From: Octopus sinensis
Lineage: Eukaryota
Assembly: GCF_006345805.1 (NCBI RefSeq)
Contig: NC_043018.1
Span: 23,436,001-23,500,000 of the forward strand
DNA length: 64,000 nucleotides
Direction: 5' to 3'
This document shows positions 1 to 13,208 of this stretch, piece by piece. The position numbers and the translations under genes are program-made. Position 1 is the stretch's first letter; every line of letters begins with the position of its first letter. Under the pieces are notes generated by a model. The model worked only from the letters and a program-made list of their open reading frames with translations. It was not told the origin of the DNA and did no database searches.

Positions 1-311
1 GTCCTGGTTAAGACAAATGTTGCTATTATTTAGCCCCAGGAAACTTCGTCTCCATAAATAACAGTAACAATTGTCCTAACCAGGACTGCCACATTATGTT
101 ACTCTTTTACTTGTTTCAGTCATTAGACTGTGACCATGCTGGAGCACCGCCTTTAGTCGAGCAAATCGACCCCAGGACTTATTCTTTGTAAGCCTAGTAC
201 ATATTCTATCGGTCTCTTTTTACCGAACTGCCAAGTTACGGGGGCATAAACACACCAACATCGGTTGTCAAGCGATGTTGGGGGGGGGGGACAACACAGA
301 CACACAAACAT

Positions 312-377
<66 letters not shown>

Positions 378-2124
378 TACGACGGGCCTCTTTCAGTTTC
401 CGTCTACCAAATCCGCTCACAAGGTTTTGGTCAGCCCGAGGCTTATAGCAGAAGACACTTGCTCAAGGTGCCACGCAGTAGGACTGAACACCCGGAACCA
501 CACACCTACTTTCCACACAGCCACACCTATGCCTATGCACACAGCCACTCCTAGGCAAATAATATTTACTCAAGAGTACTGTTGCTGAATGCCTCTTGGT
601 GACAGACTCAGAAATAATAATTTATCTAAATAACGTTTTTTTTTTCCTTAATACTTTTTATGCAGTGGTTGAAGGAAGCTCTAGCTTTCGTTAGGAGTAG
701 TCTACATAACCATTCATAATATACAGGTTGGGAGCCTATTTCAGTTTGGGAGGGAATCGTCATCAGATGTCACTTAATCGCAAACACATGTCATGTAGTT
801 GCAATAGAATGCCGTATCACCAATAATAATGTGATTTCTCTAAGACATCACCCAGTAATCTATGAAGTCCATTTACACATTTCTCAATACATACTACTGT
901 TATGACTTCTCCCCCTCCCACATTTTATGCCTCTGTTGTAGATGAGTAGATTTGCTAATATATATCAGCATCGTCGTTTAACGTCCGCTTTCCATGCTAG
1001 CATGGGTTGGACGATTTTGACTGAGGACTGGTGAACCAGATGGCTGCACCAGGCTCCACTCTTGATCTGGCAGAGTTTCTACAGCTGGATGCCCTCCCTA
1101 ACGCCAACCACTCCGAGAGTGTAGTGGGTGCTTTTTACGTGCCACCGGCATGGAGGACAGTCAAGTGGTACTGACAACGATCTCGCTCGAATCTTTTTAC
1201 ACATGCAACTGGCACAGGTGCCAATAAGGTGACACTGGTAATGATCACGCTCGAATGGTGCCCTTTTATGTGCCACCGGCATGGAAGCCAGTTAGCCACT
1301 CTGGCAATGATCACGCTCGGATGGTGCTCTTGGCACCCTACTAGCACGGGCACAAGTGCCAGTAACTCCAAATTTAGGGGAATGGAATACAACCTTCTAC
1401 ATCAATAAACTACTATCATTCCTGAAAGTTGTTTTTTTTTATACTTTCTGCAGACTGCTTGAAGCTTACTAACTTCCTACGTCTTGATCCTTAGATCTTA
1501 CATTTACATGTATATCTGTGCATCTCTGTGTGTACACCCTTGTCACGACATCACATTAATGATTGTAAATGATGTTCGTTTTCAGTCATCTGAGAAAAAC
1601 ATGCCTGGTCATAGGGAAATATTAGTAAAATAAAGACCCCCTTTGGTCAAGAATGACCAAGGATTGCACATAGAAAGTTCCCCTGCAAAGCACAAGTCCA
1701 GGCAAGGACTTGTGAAATAAGTACCAGTTGCGCACTGGGGTTAATGCAATCAGCTAGCTCCCTCTCCACAAAATTCAGGTTTGTGCCGATAGTTGAAAGA
1801 ATTAACACTATGGAAGGCAGCAAGCTGGCAGAACCATTGGCACATCAGACGAAGTGCTTAATGCTCTTCTGACTTTACGTTTTGAGTTCAAATGCCACCA
1901 AAGTCAGCTTTTGCTTTACATTTTTTGAAAGGTCAATAAAATAAGTACCATGTGCCAAAATTTGAAACCATTATTGACCTTATGTAGTTGTTGTTTTGAT
2001 TAAGCAGATGTGATCATAGACTTTCCAGTTGTGCCCACCTCTTCTTTTATTCAGTTATATAATTACATCTATAATTGCTTTTATCTAATGTGTCCTTATT
2101 TGCTAGGTGTGTGGTTTGAGGAAG

Positions 2125-2338
2125 GCGGCGAGCTGGCAGAAACATTAGCACGTCGGGCGAAATGCGTAGCCGTATTTCGTCTGCCGTTATGTTCTGAGTT
2201 CAAATTCCGCCGAGGTCGACTTTGCCTTTCATCCTTTCGGGGTCAATTAAATAAGTACTAGTTACGCACTGGGGTCGATATAATCGACTTAATCCGTTTG
2301 TCCTCTCTGTGTTTAGCCCCTTGTGGGTAGTAAAGAAA
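2125..2338 (+). mobile_element. tRNA-derived SINE, family A (MetaSINE-like core), with a 21-bp target-site duplication; further copies at ~3400-3630(-), 9162-9390, 18755-18990(-), 22575-22800(-), 22913-23135, 23455-23685(-), 40209-40442, 52930-53090(-), 58905-59065(-), 63680-63905
   Basis: A-box-like TGGCAGAAACATTAGC, B-box GAGTTCAAATTCC, core GCCTTTCATCCTTTCGGGGTCGATAAATTAAGTACCAG. TSD TAGGTGTGTGGTTTGAGGAAG at 2104-2124 and 2339-2359. Confidence 0.85.
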
Positions 2339-2643
2339 TAGGTGTGTGGTTTGAGGAAGAGGGGTAAGTTGGCTGTGATTTTTAACCAATCGAGTAACCA
2401 CATTGTTGGTGGCTCAATGAGATTGGCTGATGATGCTAATGATGATGATGATACTGGTACAGCTGATCTACAAATGATTGCAGACATTTATCAAAGGATT
2501 TCTCTCTCCCCACCCTTCTCTCTCTCTCTCTCTCATTGTTTTCTTTTCTTTCCTTTCTCTTTTCTTTCTTTTCTCTCACTCAGTGTTTGTACATCTTGGT
2601 GTGTGTCTGCATATTTCTACATCCTATATTTATATAGTATGTA

Positions 2644-2681
<38 letters not shown>

Positions 2682-3827
2682 CTCCCCCTCTCTCTCTCTG
2701 TTGTTTTCTCTCTCTTCTTTTTCTTCTTTTTTTTTCTCTTCCCCCCCCCTCTGTGTTTGTATGTCTTGGCGTTCCTCTGCGTAGTTTCACATGTATGTGT
2801 GTGTGTAGTAAATGCATGCGTATGTGTCCATGAATGTGATGAAAGCAATGTTTTTCAATGTGTTTGTGTGAAGAATATTGGTCCAAGTCAAAACTGGCAG
2901 CCATGGATCAATACTGGTTTCTTATTTGATAGAAGTCTGCTGTATTTTCAGTCTGTTAAACAGGAAACAACACTTCTCTGAAAAGAACACAAATTCTAAT
3001 TATTATTACTTTAATATTTCATTTTCCAGCCATCTTCCATCAACTCTCATCACCCCCCTCTCCCTTCCTTCCCTTCCTTCATTCTCCACCCTATTCCTCT
3101 CCTCTCCACCTCTCTCGCTTTCTCTCTCCTCTCACACATGCATACATACACCTACATACACACTACCTCAGCTGCTTTGTAGAAACTGTTCTATGAATGA
3201 ATTCTTTTCTACTCTAGGCACAAGGCCTGAAATTTTTAGGAGGGGGGCCAGACAATTAGATCGACCCCAGGATGCAACTGGTACTTAATTTATCGACCTT
3301 GAAAGGATGAAAGGCAGAGTTAACCTCAGCAGAATTTGTACTCAGAACGTAAAGACAGACAAAGTACTGTTAAGCATTTCGCCCGGCATGCTAACATTTC
3401 TTATTTCTTTATTGCTCACAAGGGGCTAAACATAGAGGGGATAAATAAGGACAGACAAAGGGATTAAGTTGATTACATCGACCCCCGTGCGTAACTGTAC
3501 TTAATTTATCGACCCTGAAAAGATGAAAGGCAAAGTCGACCTCGGCGGAATTTGAACTCAGAACGCGATGGCAGACGAAATACCACTAAGCATTTCGCCA
3601 GTGTGATAATGCTTCTGCCAGCTCGCCACCTTTGTTCTATGAATGAATTGCTTCTATGTACATACTGCCCTCAACACGCTGCTTTTAGTATACATGATGC
3701 TCAGCATACTACCTTCTACACACTGCTTCTTTCCACATATGGCACTCTGCACACGGCTACTTTATACACACAGCTGTCTCTACACAGCTTTCTACACATT
3801 GCTCTCTACACAGGGTTGCTTTATATA

Positions 3828-4040
3828 CAAGGGGGTGCTAAAAAGTTCCTGGCTTTGGGCAAAAGAAAATGCACGAGGATCAGTTAATTATGGTTTTATT
3901 CAACATATTCCCCTTTCAGATTCACACACTTTTTGCAGCAGTCCTTCAGTTTTTCTAAGACTTATAAAAGAACTCAAAAGGTTGGGCCTCCAAACAGGTG
4001 TTTCACGATACCATTAAAGCCAGATTTTCAGCACCCCTCA
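3828..4040. mobile_element. Mariner-type MITE, copy 1
   Basis: Imperfect TIRs CAAGGGGGTGCTAAAAAGTTCCTGGCTTT / AAAGCCAGATTTTCAGCACCCCTCA, flanked by TA. Confidence 0.75.
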
Positions 4041-4041
4041 T

Positions 4042-4086
4042 ATCTATCTGTCTATCTATATATCTATCTATCTATCTATCTATTTA

Positions 4087-4122
<36 letters not shown>

Positions 4123-4210
4123 TCTATCTATTTATCTATCTCTGTGTCTGTCTATCTCTGTGTCTATCTGTCTGTCTATCTACCTGTCTGTCTATCTGTC
4201 TGTCTGTATG

Positions 4211-4249
<39 letters not shown>

Positions 4250-4282
4250 CTGTGTCTGTCTATCTATCTATCTATCTATCTG

Positions 4283-4321
<39 letters not shown>

Positions 4322-4424
4322 CTGTGTCTATCTGTCTATCTATCTATCTGTCTGTCTCTCTGTCTATCTATCTATCTCTATCTATCTATCTATCTATCTC
4401 TGTGTCTGTCTGTCTGTCTATCTA

Positions 4425-4472
<48 letters not shown>

Positions 4473-4500
4473 CCTACCTACCTACCTGTATGTCTGTCTG

Positions 4501-4555
<55 letters not shown>

Positions 4556-4586
4556 CTGTGTCTGTCTGTCTATCTACCTATCCATA
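4042..4586. repeat. (ATCT)n/(GTCT)n compound microsatellite
   Basis: Direct reading. Confidence 0.97.
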
Positions 4587-4588
4587 TA

Positions 4589-4801
4589 CAAAGGGGTGCT
4601 GAAAAGTTCCTAAATTTAGGTAAAAAAAAATACTGGAGGATCAGTTATGATTTTATCCAACATATTCCCCTCTCAGGTTCACACACTTATTGCAGCGGTC
4701 CTTCAGTTTTTCTAAGCTCTGTAAAAGAACTTGGAAAGTTGGGCCTCCAATCAGGCCTTTTGCGACACCCTTAAAGCCAGGAACTTTTCAACACCCCCTC
4801 A
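4589..4801. mobile_element. Mariner-type MITE, copy 2 (same family as 3828-4040)
   Basis: Same TIRs and internal sequence, TA flanks, same orientation. Confidence 0.78.
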
Positions 4802-4904
4802 TACCTCCCTTTCTACACATGGTTCTCTAGACACTACTGCTTTATATATACATTACCCTCTACCTACTACATTATACACATCACTCTCTACATCCTGCAA
4901 CTAC

Positions 4905-5282
4905 CATGGCCACCACTACCTCTTCTACAATCACCACCATTACTACTACTACCACCATCACAATACTGCTACTGCCACTACCACTGCTACTGCAACCACT
5001 ACCACTGCTACCATCACTACTATTACTACTTCTAACACCACCACTATTACTGCTACTATCACTACCACTACCATCACTGCTACTTCTCCTGCTACCACTA
5101 CCCCTTACTACTTCTACTACCACCACCACAACTGCTTCAGCCACCATTGCTATTACTACCACAATCACCATCACTACTTCTACCACCACTACAACCAACA
5201 TCACCACTGTTACCACCGCCACCACCACCACCACCATAACAACTGCTACTACTACTGCTGCTGCTGCTCCACCACTACCACC

Positions 5283-5317
<35 letters not shown>

Positions 5318-5320
5318 GAC
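4905..5320. repeat. (ACT/ACC)n mosaic trinucleotide repeat
   Basis: Direct reading. Confidence 0.9.
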
Positions 5321-6255
5321 TTCAGCATTGTATTCTAAGAATTCTCTCAGTTCATCCATCCCATTTCTTCAATTTTCCTCATAATGATGTTGTTGTTGTT
5401 GTCGTCGTTTACATAATCTCATATCTTGTATCAAGCTGAGTCTTTCTTCACCTTTTTCTTTTTCTTTTTCTTTTTGTGTTGTTTTGTTTTGTTCCTATTA
5501 TTTCCTTGGTAGAATGAAGGAAAGAAAGAGGAAATGAAGACAGTTATTTTCCTATCAACACTAATGGAAAACTGCCTACACGCCTATCCTTATCCTTCCC
5601 TCCCACACACACAAACTATTTTATGTGTTTGTCCTCTGGCGTATTTCACCTGCTCTGCCCTTGGCAGATTGGTAGAATACTTAAGAGAGCGCTGAATAAA
5701 AAATGCCTTGCAGTGTTTTGAGTTCAAATTCCACCAAGGTCAACTCTGCCGCTTTATCCTTTTGCGATTGATAAAATAATTTACCAGCACTGGAGTCAAT
5801 TTGAGTCAACCTTCTCTTCTCTGCAAATTTCTGACCATGTGCCAAAATTTGAAGCCATTATTATTATTATTATTATGATGATGATGATGATGGTGGTGGT
5901 GGTGATGATGATGATGATGATGATGGTGGTGATGATGATGATGATGATGATGATCATCATCATCATCATCATCATCCTCCTCCAATCCGCCACATTTTTT
6001 TTCTTTTTACCTTTGTATGCTATGCATATGTCCCCTTTTCAGTGTATACCATGTATACTTTTTTCTTTCTTTCATTTTTTCCCCATTCCATTGTATGTAA
6101 ACCCCCACACTTTATGTCTGTCTTTGTATTGTCCCCCCTCATCCTTTCCCCTTGTGACAAATAAATAATATCATCATCGTTATTATTATTATTATTATTA
6201 TTAATAATAATAATAATAATAAAAGAATTAATTATTATTATTTATTATTATTATT

Positions 6256-6558
6256 GAGTGAGAGAGCAGTTCATGCCATCAAAGTGACACTGGGGTAAAA
6301 TATACGAAGCCCAATATACCCATCATGACTACCCGTTTGATAAGGGTACACCAGGCACATGCATCACAACCATATGTGCACAACATGGTGATCTCATATC
6401 AAGATAAACAGCACATGACCTTGCAGGTGGGACCCAGTTAGAATTTTCTTCAGGTTGAGTAGCCCATCCCGCTCAAACGGTCCCTGAATAAGGGTTGTTT
6501 AAGGATGTTGAAAAAACTACCCATGTCTCCAGAGGTGAATTATTCAAACCCCAAAGAA
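6256..6558 (-). mobile_element. Non-coding dispersed repeat inserted in (ATT)n; overlapping homologue at 42688-43067
   Basis: About 140 bp shared at high identity (CTTGCAGGTGGG..TTCAAACCCCAAAGAAT). Confidence 0.7.
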
Positions 6559-6612
6559 TTATTATTATTATTATTATTGTTATTATTATTATTATTGTTA
6601 TTATTATTATTA

Positions 6613-6643
<31 letters not shown>

Positions 6644-6648
6644 ATTAT

Positions 6649-6895
6649 GTAAGGTGGCAAGGTGGCAGAATTATTAGCACACTGGACAAAATGCTTAGCA
6701 GTATTTCATCTGCCACTATGTTCTGAGTTCAAATTCCGCTGAGGTCGCTTTTGCCTTTCATCCTTTCGGGGTCGATAAATTAAGTACCAGTTGCATTCTG
6801 GGGTCGATGTAATTGACCGCCCCCCTCCCCCAAAATTTCATGTCTGGTGCCTATAATAGAAAGGATTATTATTATTATTATCATTATTATTATTA

Positions 6896-6932
<37 letters not shown>

Positions 6933-7391
6933 AGGGGGTGAGCTGGCAGAATTGTTAGCATGCCGGGCAAAATGCCTAGTGGCATTTCATCTGCTGCTAC
7001 TTTCTGAGTTCAAATTCCGCCAGGGTCAACTTTGCCTTTCAAACTTTCAAGGTTGATTAAATATGTACCAGTTACAAACAGGGGTCGATGTAATCGACTT
7101 AATCCCATCCCCCAAATTTGAGGCCTTGTGCTTCCAGTAGAAAGGATTATTATTATTATTATTATTATTATTATGTAAGGTGGCGAGCTGGCAGAATCAT
7201 TAGCACTCTGGGCAAAATGCTTAGCGGCATTTCGTCTGTGTTTACATTCCGAGTTCAAATTCTGCCGAGGTCAACTTTGCCTTTCATCCTTTCAGGGGTC
7301 GATAAATTAAGTACCAGTTACGCACTGGAGTTGATGTAATTGACTAGTCCCCTCCCTGCAAATTTCAGGCCTTGTGCCTTTAGTAGAAAGG
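6649..7391 (+). mobile_element. Three head-to-tail SINE copies (6649-6864, 6931-7145, 7175-7391) separated by (ATT)n
   Basis: Each copy starts ..GGCGAGCTGGCAGAA-like and ends GTGCCT..AGAAAGG(ATT)n; a decayed fourth copy follows at ~7640. Confidence 0.85.
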
Positions 7392-8727
7392 ATTATTATT
7401 ATTATTATTATTATTATTATAGCGCGCCCCAACTGGCCGATTGTGGCTGTTGCACGTAAAAAGCACCCACTACACTCATGGAATGGTTGGTGTTAGGAAG
7501 GGCATCCAGCTGTAGAAACACTGCCAGGTCAGACTGGGCCTGGCGCAGCCTTCTGGCTTCCCAGACCCCAGTTGAACCGTCCAACCCATGCTAGCATGGA
7601 AAACGGACGTTAAACAATGATGATGATGATTATTATTATTGAAGGCGGTAGATTAGCAGAATTATTTGCATGCTTGACATAATGCTTAGCAGCATTTCTT
7701 CTTGCTTTTATGTTCTGAGTTCAATTTTCACTGAGATCTAGTTTGCCTATCAGCCACCCTTTTGGAGTTATTAAAAGTAAATACCAACTGATATAATTAA
7801 TTGACTTGCTGCCTCCTTTCAAACAAGCAATTCTGTTCTGTTGATCAAATCAGCTGGAACCCTTGCTGCTGTAACCAAAAGTGTGCTAGTATACGCTATG
7901 TGTATTGGGCATGTCCCACTTTGTCATTCCGTAAGACCTTTTCTGGTGTATGCCTCTATCATCTCCTTCCTGCTGGTATTTCACGATGCTAGATTGATGA
8001 CCAGTGTATGGAAGTCTCAACTTTGTCATATCTGTAGATATATTCTTTTGTGGATAAAACAGGGCAGCTAGAAACATTGTATTTAATTAAAGAAGAGCAT
8101 TCATCATCATCATCATTTAGCGTCCGCTTTCCATGCTAGCATGGGTTGGACAGTTCAACTGGGGTCTGGGAAGCCAGAAGGCTGCACCAGGCCCAGTCTG
8201 ATCTGGCAATGTTTCTATGGCTGGATGCCCTTCCTAACGCCAACCACTCCATGAGTGTAGTGGGTGCTTTTTATGTGCCCCCGGCACAGGTGCCAGACGA
8301 GGCTGGCAAACAGCCACGATCGGATGCTGCTTTTTACGTGCCACCGGCACGGGGGCCAGGTGAGGCTGGCAACGGCCACAAACGGATGGTGCTTTTTACG
8401 TGCCACCGGCATGAGGCCAGTCGGAGCGGAGCTTGCAATAAGTAAGTAATAAGTAAGTACTGTGTCAAGCCCTAGAACTCCAAGGGGCTGGTTAACCCAT
8501 TTCCATGGTGCATGAGTAGCTGAGATCCCAACATTTCCCTTGAACAGGGCACCAGTTCATTCATTTATAGCTGAATGGACAGGAGCAACGTGAAATGAAG
8601 GGTTTTGCTCAAGAATGTAATGTACCACCCAGTCTGGGATTTGAAATCATAATCTTGCAATTGTGAGTGTAATACCCCTAACCACTGGGCCATGTGCCTC
8701 CATGACATCCAAAATTAGAGGAAATTT

Positions 8728-9160
8728 AATGGACAAATAGAACACTTTTTCAATACCTTCAAAAGAGCCCTGAGAAAATCAAATAAGGAAGGCACGTATG
8801 AGGTAGCTCTACATCAATTTTTAAGAGTGTGACACCAAATCCGAATACACCAGCAGGTAGACCACCAGTGGAGCTGATGTTTGCAAGGAAAGTAAAATCA
8901 GTCTTTGATAAATTGCTACCTGGCAAGAAAAGAAAAAAGTGCCAGAGAAGACATAGCAAGAGTCTTTAAAGTTGGTGAAAAGGTGTATATGAGGGCATAC
9001 AAGAATGGAAAGCAAAGTTGGGAAGATGGTGTAATTACCAAATGCATAGGTAAAAATGATATATTGGGTTAAAAGTAGAAAAAGCATACAAAAGAGACAC
9101 AGGAAGCAACTGAAAAAGAGCTTCATGGAAAGCGAACCAAAGAAGATGGCGGAACCGATT
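8728..9160 (+). mobile_element. Ty3/Gypsy integrase C-terminal remnant
   Basis: NGQIEHFFNTFKRAL..QFLR../VTPNPNTPAGRPPVELMFARKVKSVFDKLLP..FKVGEKVYMRAY..WEDGVI..IYWV..KRHRKQL, frameshifted; interrupted at ~9162 by a SINE. Confidence 0.78.
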
Positions 9161-10898
9161 GGCGGCGAGCTGGCAGAAGCGTTATCACGCCGGGCGAAAT
9201 GCTTAGCAGTATTTCGTCTGCCGTTGCGTTCTGGGTTCAAATTCCGCCGAGGTCGACTTTGCCTTTCATCCTTTCGGGGTCGATAAATTAAGTACCAGTT
9301 ACGCACTGGGGTCGATGTAATCGACTTAATCCATTTGTCTGTCCTTGTTTGTCTCCTCTGTGTTTAGCCCCTTGTGGGTAGTAAAGAAATATATATATAT
9401 ATCACTGTGGGTGATTGAACCCAGGCAGACAAGAGGGAAAGAGAACATACAGAGTTCCTGAAAATAGATGCCAAGTGCAATAAATATTAAATTCTTTTAT
9501 TCGTTTCAGTCATATGACTGCAGCCATGCTGGAGCACTGCCTTTAGTTGAACAAATTGACCCCAGGACTTATTCTTTGTAAGCCTAGTACTTATTCTATC
9601 GGTCTCTTTTGCTGAACCACTAAGTTACAGGGACATAAACAAACCATCATCAGTTGTCAAGTGATGTTAGGGAGACAATCACAGACACAAACATTTACAT
9701 ATATATTTATATATATATATATATATACGAATAGTTTCTGTCTACCAAATCCACTCACAAGGCTTTGGTCAGCCCAAAGCTCTAGTAGAAGACACTTACA
9801 CAAGGTGCCATGCAGTGGGACCGAACCCAGAACCATGTGGTTGGTAAGCAAGCTACTTACCACACAGCCACTCCTGTGCCTATGTTGTATTAAAAAAAGA
9901 TAGGTGTGGGTGAATAAAAAAAAATCATTGCTAAATAAAATGACACTTCCTAAAAAGAACTTAAAAGGGGAGATGTTGTAGGGATTTAGTAATAATGGTA
10001 CACCCCTCCCATATGACGGATGGAATAACCTAGTCACTATAAGTAAAGAGAAGTACAAGAGTATGTAATAGGTGGTCAGAGATAGTCGAATCTTACTGGT
10101 TTTACTAAGTATACTGTTTACCGAAGTAGGCGTTATAATAATCCAACATTTCAAGGATATAACAACTATCCCTTATGCATTAGCAAAATGCAGCCGTTGC
10201 AGTTATAGATGCAGTTAATCAACATCGGATAATAAAACAATAATAAAACAAGAAAAGTGGTTATCTTCTGTGTCAGCAAAAAATAATTGTCTTATTTACT
10301 TCATAACAGTTTAGAAACTTCAAGAGAATGCAAAAGAATCGGTTTTTATTGTTTGAACTCAAAATAGATAAAGCTATAACTAATGACTTATAAATATTGA
10401 GCTAAAAAAACCTTTGAATGGGAAAAAATCAAAGGCTGTTATTTACATTTTTATCTATTCTTAAGTTCAACTATTAAAAATGAATTGTTTTATCATTTTG
10501 GAAAAAGAGAAATGTCATAGATGGAGGAGTAGAACGGGAGGAAGTGCTGTTTGATTGAAGTTAGTAGTAGCAAGTGTTGGTTGAATTGGTGCATGAGAAA
10601 GGTGAGGCAGTTTCGGATAGACACAAGCAAGCATGCTGAGATCAATGAAAAGCTGGTTGAATTGGTGCTTCCGCAAACAGGGTGTGGTGGGGAAGGAAAG
10701 GACAAATAGGTGCTGATGTGGTTTGAGAAAAATATAAATAATACACACACACACATCATCATCGTTTAGCGTCCGCTTTCCATGCTAGCATGGGTTGGAC
10801 ATATGTTGTAGCCTTCGGGCTTCCCAGACCCCAGTTGAACCGTCCAACCCATGCTAGCATGGAAAGATGGAAAACGGACATTAAACGATGATGATGAT

Positions 10899-10929
<31 letters not shown>

Positions 10930-10964
10930 TATATATATATATATAATATATATATATATATATA

Positions 10965-11190
10965 GTCGCCATGATAGATTGTTAGCCACTACACACATTT
11001 TTTTCTCTCCTTTTTTTTTCTCTCCCTGTTTCTCTTCTTGTTTTTTCTGTGTCCCTTTCTGTAGAAGAGCGTAGGCTCGAAATGTAAAAGACTTTTTCTA
11101 TTCCTGAGCATTATACTAATACATCTGTTTGTTTTGTACACCACCTCTCTTTGTCTTTTGTTTTTCGTAAACTCTCCCTATATATATTTA
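10965..11190 (+). mobile_element. Short repeat with a hammerhead-like core, ending GTAAACTCTCCC-(TA)n; inverted partial copy at 13385-13507
   Basis: About 120 bp of clear similarity between 11066-11180 (+) and 13390-13505 (-). Confidence 0.55.
11055..11090 (+). ncRNA. Degenerate hammerhead-like motif
   Basis: CTTT-CTGTAGA-A-GAGC(GTAG)GCTC-GAAA-TG-TA-AAAG: stems I and II intact, core A6 replaced by U. A related copy truncated on its 5' side lies at 13479-13507 (-). Confidence 0.35.
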
Positions 11191-11795
11191 TATATGTGTG
11201 TGCGTGTGTATATATTTGTATGTCTGTTTGTCCCCCCAACATCACTTGACAACCGATGGTGGTGTGTTTATGTCCCCGTAAACTTAGCGGTTCGGCAAAA
11301 GAGACTAATAGAATAAGTACTAGGCTTCCAAAGAATTAGTCCTGGGATCGATTTCCTCAACTAAAAGGCGGTGCTCCAGCATGACCGCAGTAAAATGACT
11401 GAAACAAGTAAAAGAGTACATATATAAACACACACATACACTCTTTTACTTCTTTCAGTCATTTGACTGTGGCCATGCTAGAACACCGCCTTTAGTTGAA
11501 CAAATCGCTGACCTCAGGACTTACTCTTTGCAAGCCTAGCACTTATATTGGTTGCTTTTGCTGAACTGCTAAGTTACGATAACCAATAATATGTTGTGCA
11601 TGTATAGTAATATTTATTTCTTTATTGCCCACAGAGGGCGAAACATAGAGGGGACAAACAAGGACAGACAAAGGGATTAAGTTGATTACATCGATCCCAG
11701 TGCATAACTGGTACTTATTTAATCAACCCCAAAAGGATGAAAGAAATTTAAAGCACCTACGTGATAACTTGTAAACCTACTTTTGGGCCACCCTG

Positions 11796-11876
<81 letters not shown>

Positions 11877-12154
11877 GTGTGTATGCTGGTAAGACTTGGA
11901 TGAAGACTTGAGATACTATTTAATGACCAGCTGTTGTTCTGGATGTTATGTCATGTTCTTTGCAGAATGTAGATACACACACATGCACATATTGCAGGCA
12001 TGGTTGTGTGGTTAAGAAGCTCAGTTTGCAACCAAGTGGTTCTGGGTTCAGTCCTACTGTATGGCACTTTGGGCAAGCGTCATCTACTATAGTCCTTGGT
12101 TGATCAATGTCTTGTAAATAAAGTTGATAAACAAAAACTGTATGGAAACACATT

Positions 12155-12186
<32 letters not shown>

Positions 12187-12823
12187 CCCCGCTCACACCA
12201 CTTGACGACCATTGTTGGTTTGTTTACATCCCAGTAACTTAGTGGTTCAGCAAAAGATATTGATAGAATAAGTATGAGACTTGGAAAAACAAACAGTAAG
12301 TCTTGGGACTAATTTTTTTAGCTAAAACCCTTCAAGGTGATGCTCCAGCATGACCACAGTTCAATGACTAGAAAGATAAAAGAAAAGACATATTTATGGT
12401 GGCATCTGTCAGTCTAGCAAGACTATAGAGATTAGTTTGAGGGTGGAGGAGGTGGAATGAAGAATACTATGTGGAATTGATTGCCAAGTCCAATTCTTGG
12501 CTTGTAGACTTGACCAAAGAACTGCCATATAAAGACTGATGCTTCATATGTGGCTTATTGCATATAGATTTTCTTTGAGAAGACATAAATTCCTGATGCT
12601 AGATTTGTTCATTCAAGCCTTATGAAAGTTTTCTTTGACTTAATCCCTGCAACACTTGCCGTTTCCATAGAGTCCTGTTGTCTCTGTGACTATTTTTCTG
12701 GTAGCAGATTGGATATTGATCACCTTTGTGTCATGCATGCAAACACACAGCGACATATGTACATGCACACACGCACCTGTGTGTATTTATATATGTCAAT
12801 ATAAATTTATATATATGTATACA

Positions 12824-13208
12824 CTAGCAGTAGCGCCCGGCGTTGCTCAGGTTTGTAAGGGAAATAACTATAAAGCATTTTTAGAGAGTTATAGCCAAAA
12901 CATAGGAAAAAAATGGAAAAAAATGATGGTAAATTTTTTTTTGAGAGTTAAAAAATGTGGAGTTGCGTCCCCTAGACAGTTTGTGGTTTGTGATTCTGAT
13001 TCTCGACCCCATGTCGAATTTATCGATTTTTTTCAGAACTGGGGGAACTTTTCAAAATTTTCGCTGCGTTAGTTTTGAATTATGACATTGGGCTATGTGT
13101 GTGTCAAGTTTCATCAGAATCGGTTGAAAGCCGTGGTCAGGGTGAGGGTACAAGCAAACAGACACACAGAAACACGCACAGACAAACTGCCGTTTATATA
13201 GAGAGAGA
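12824..13208 (-). mobile_element. Non-autonomous Helitron-like element
   Basis: Minus strand: A|TCTCTCTATATAAACGGCAG...GCAACGCCGGGCGCTACTGCTAG|T; 5' TC, 3' CTAG, A/T target, GTCT-like microrepeat near the 5' end. Confidence 0.75.

Noticed and set aside
735-790. Minus-strand CTGATGA...GAAA spacing; also CTGATGA at ~22370 and ~60414 and CTGAGGA at 1021
   Set aside because: No pairing stem II followed by GAAA-N-UH, and no stem I.
3933-4774. ORFs of 152-258 aa (IYLS/VCLS repeats)
   Set aside because: Translations of the (ATCT)n microsatellite; no splice or domain evidence.
4731-5439. Thr/His-rich mucin-like ORFs
   Set aside because: Stop-free trinucleotide mosaic open in several frames; no unique coding context.
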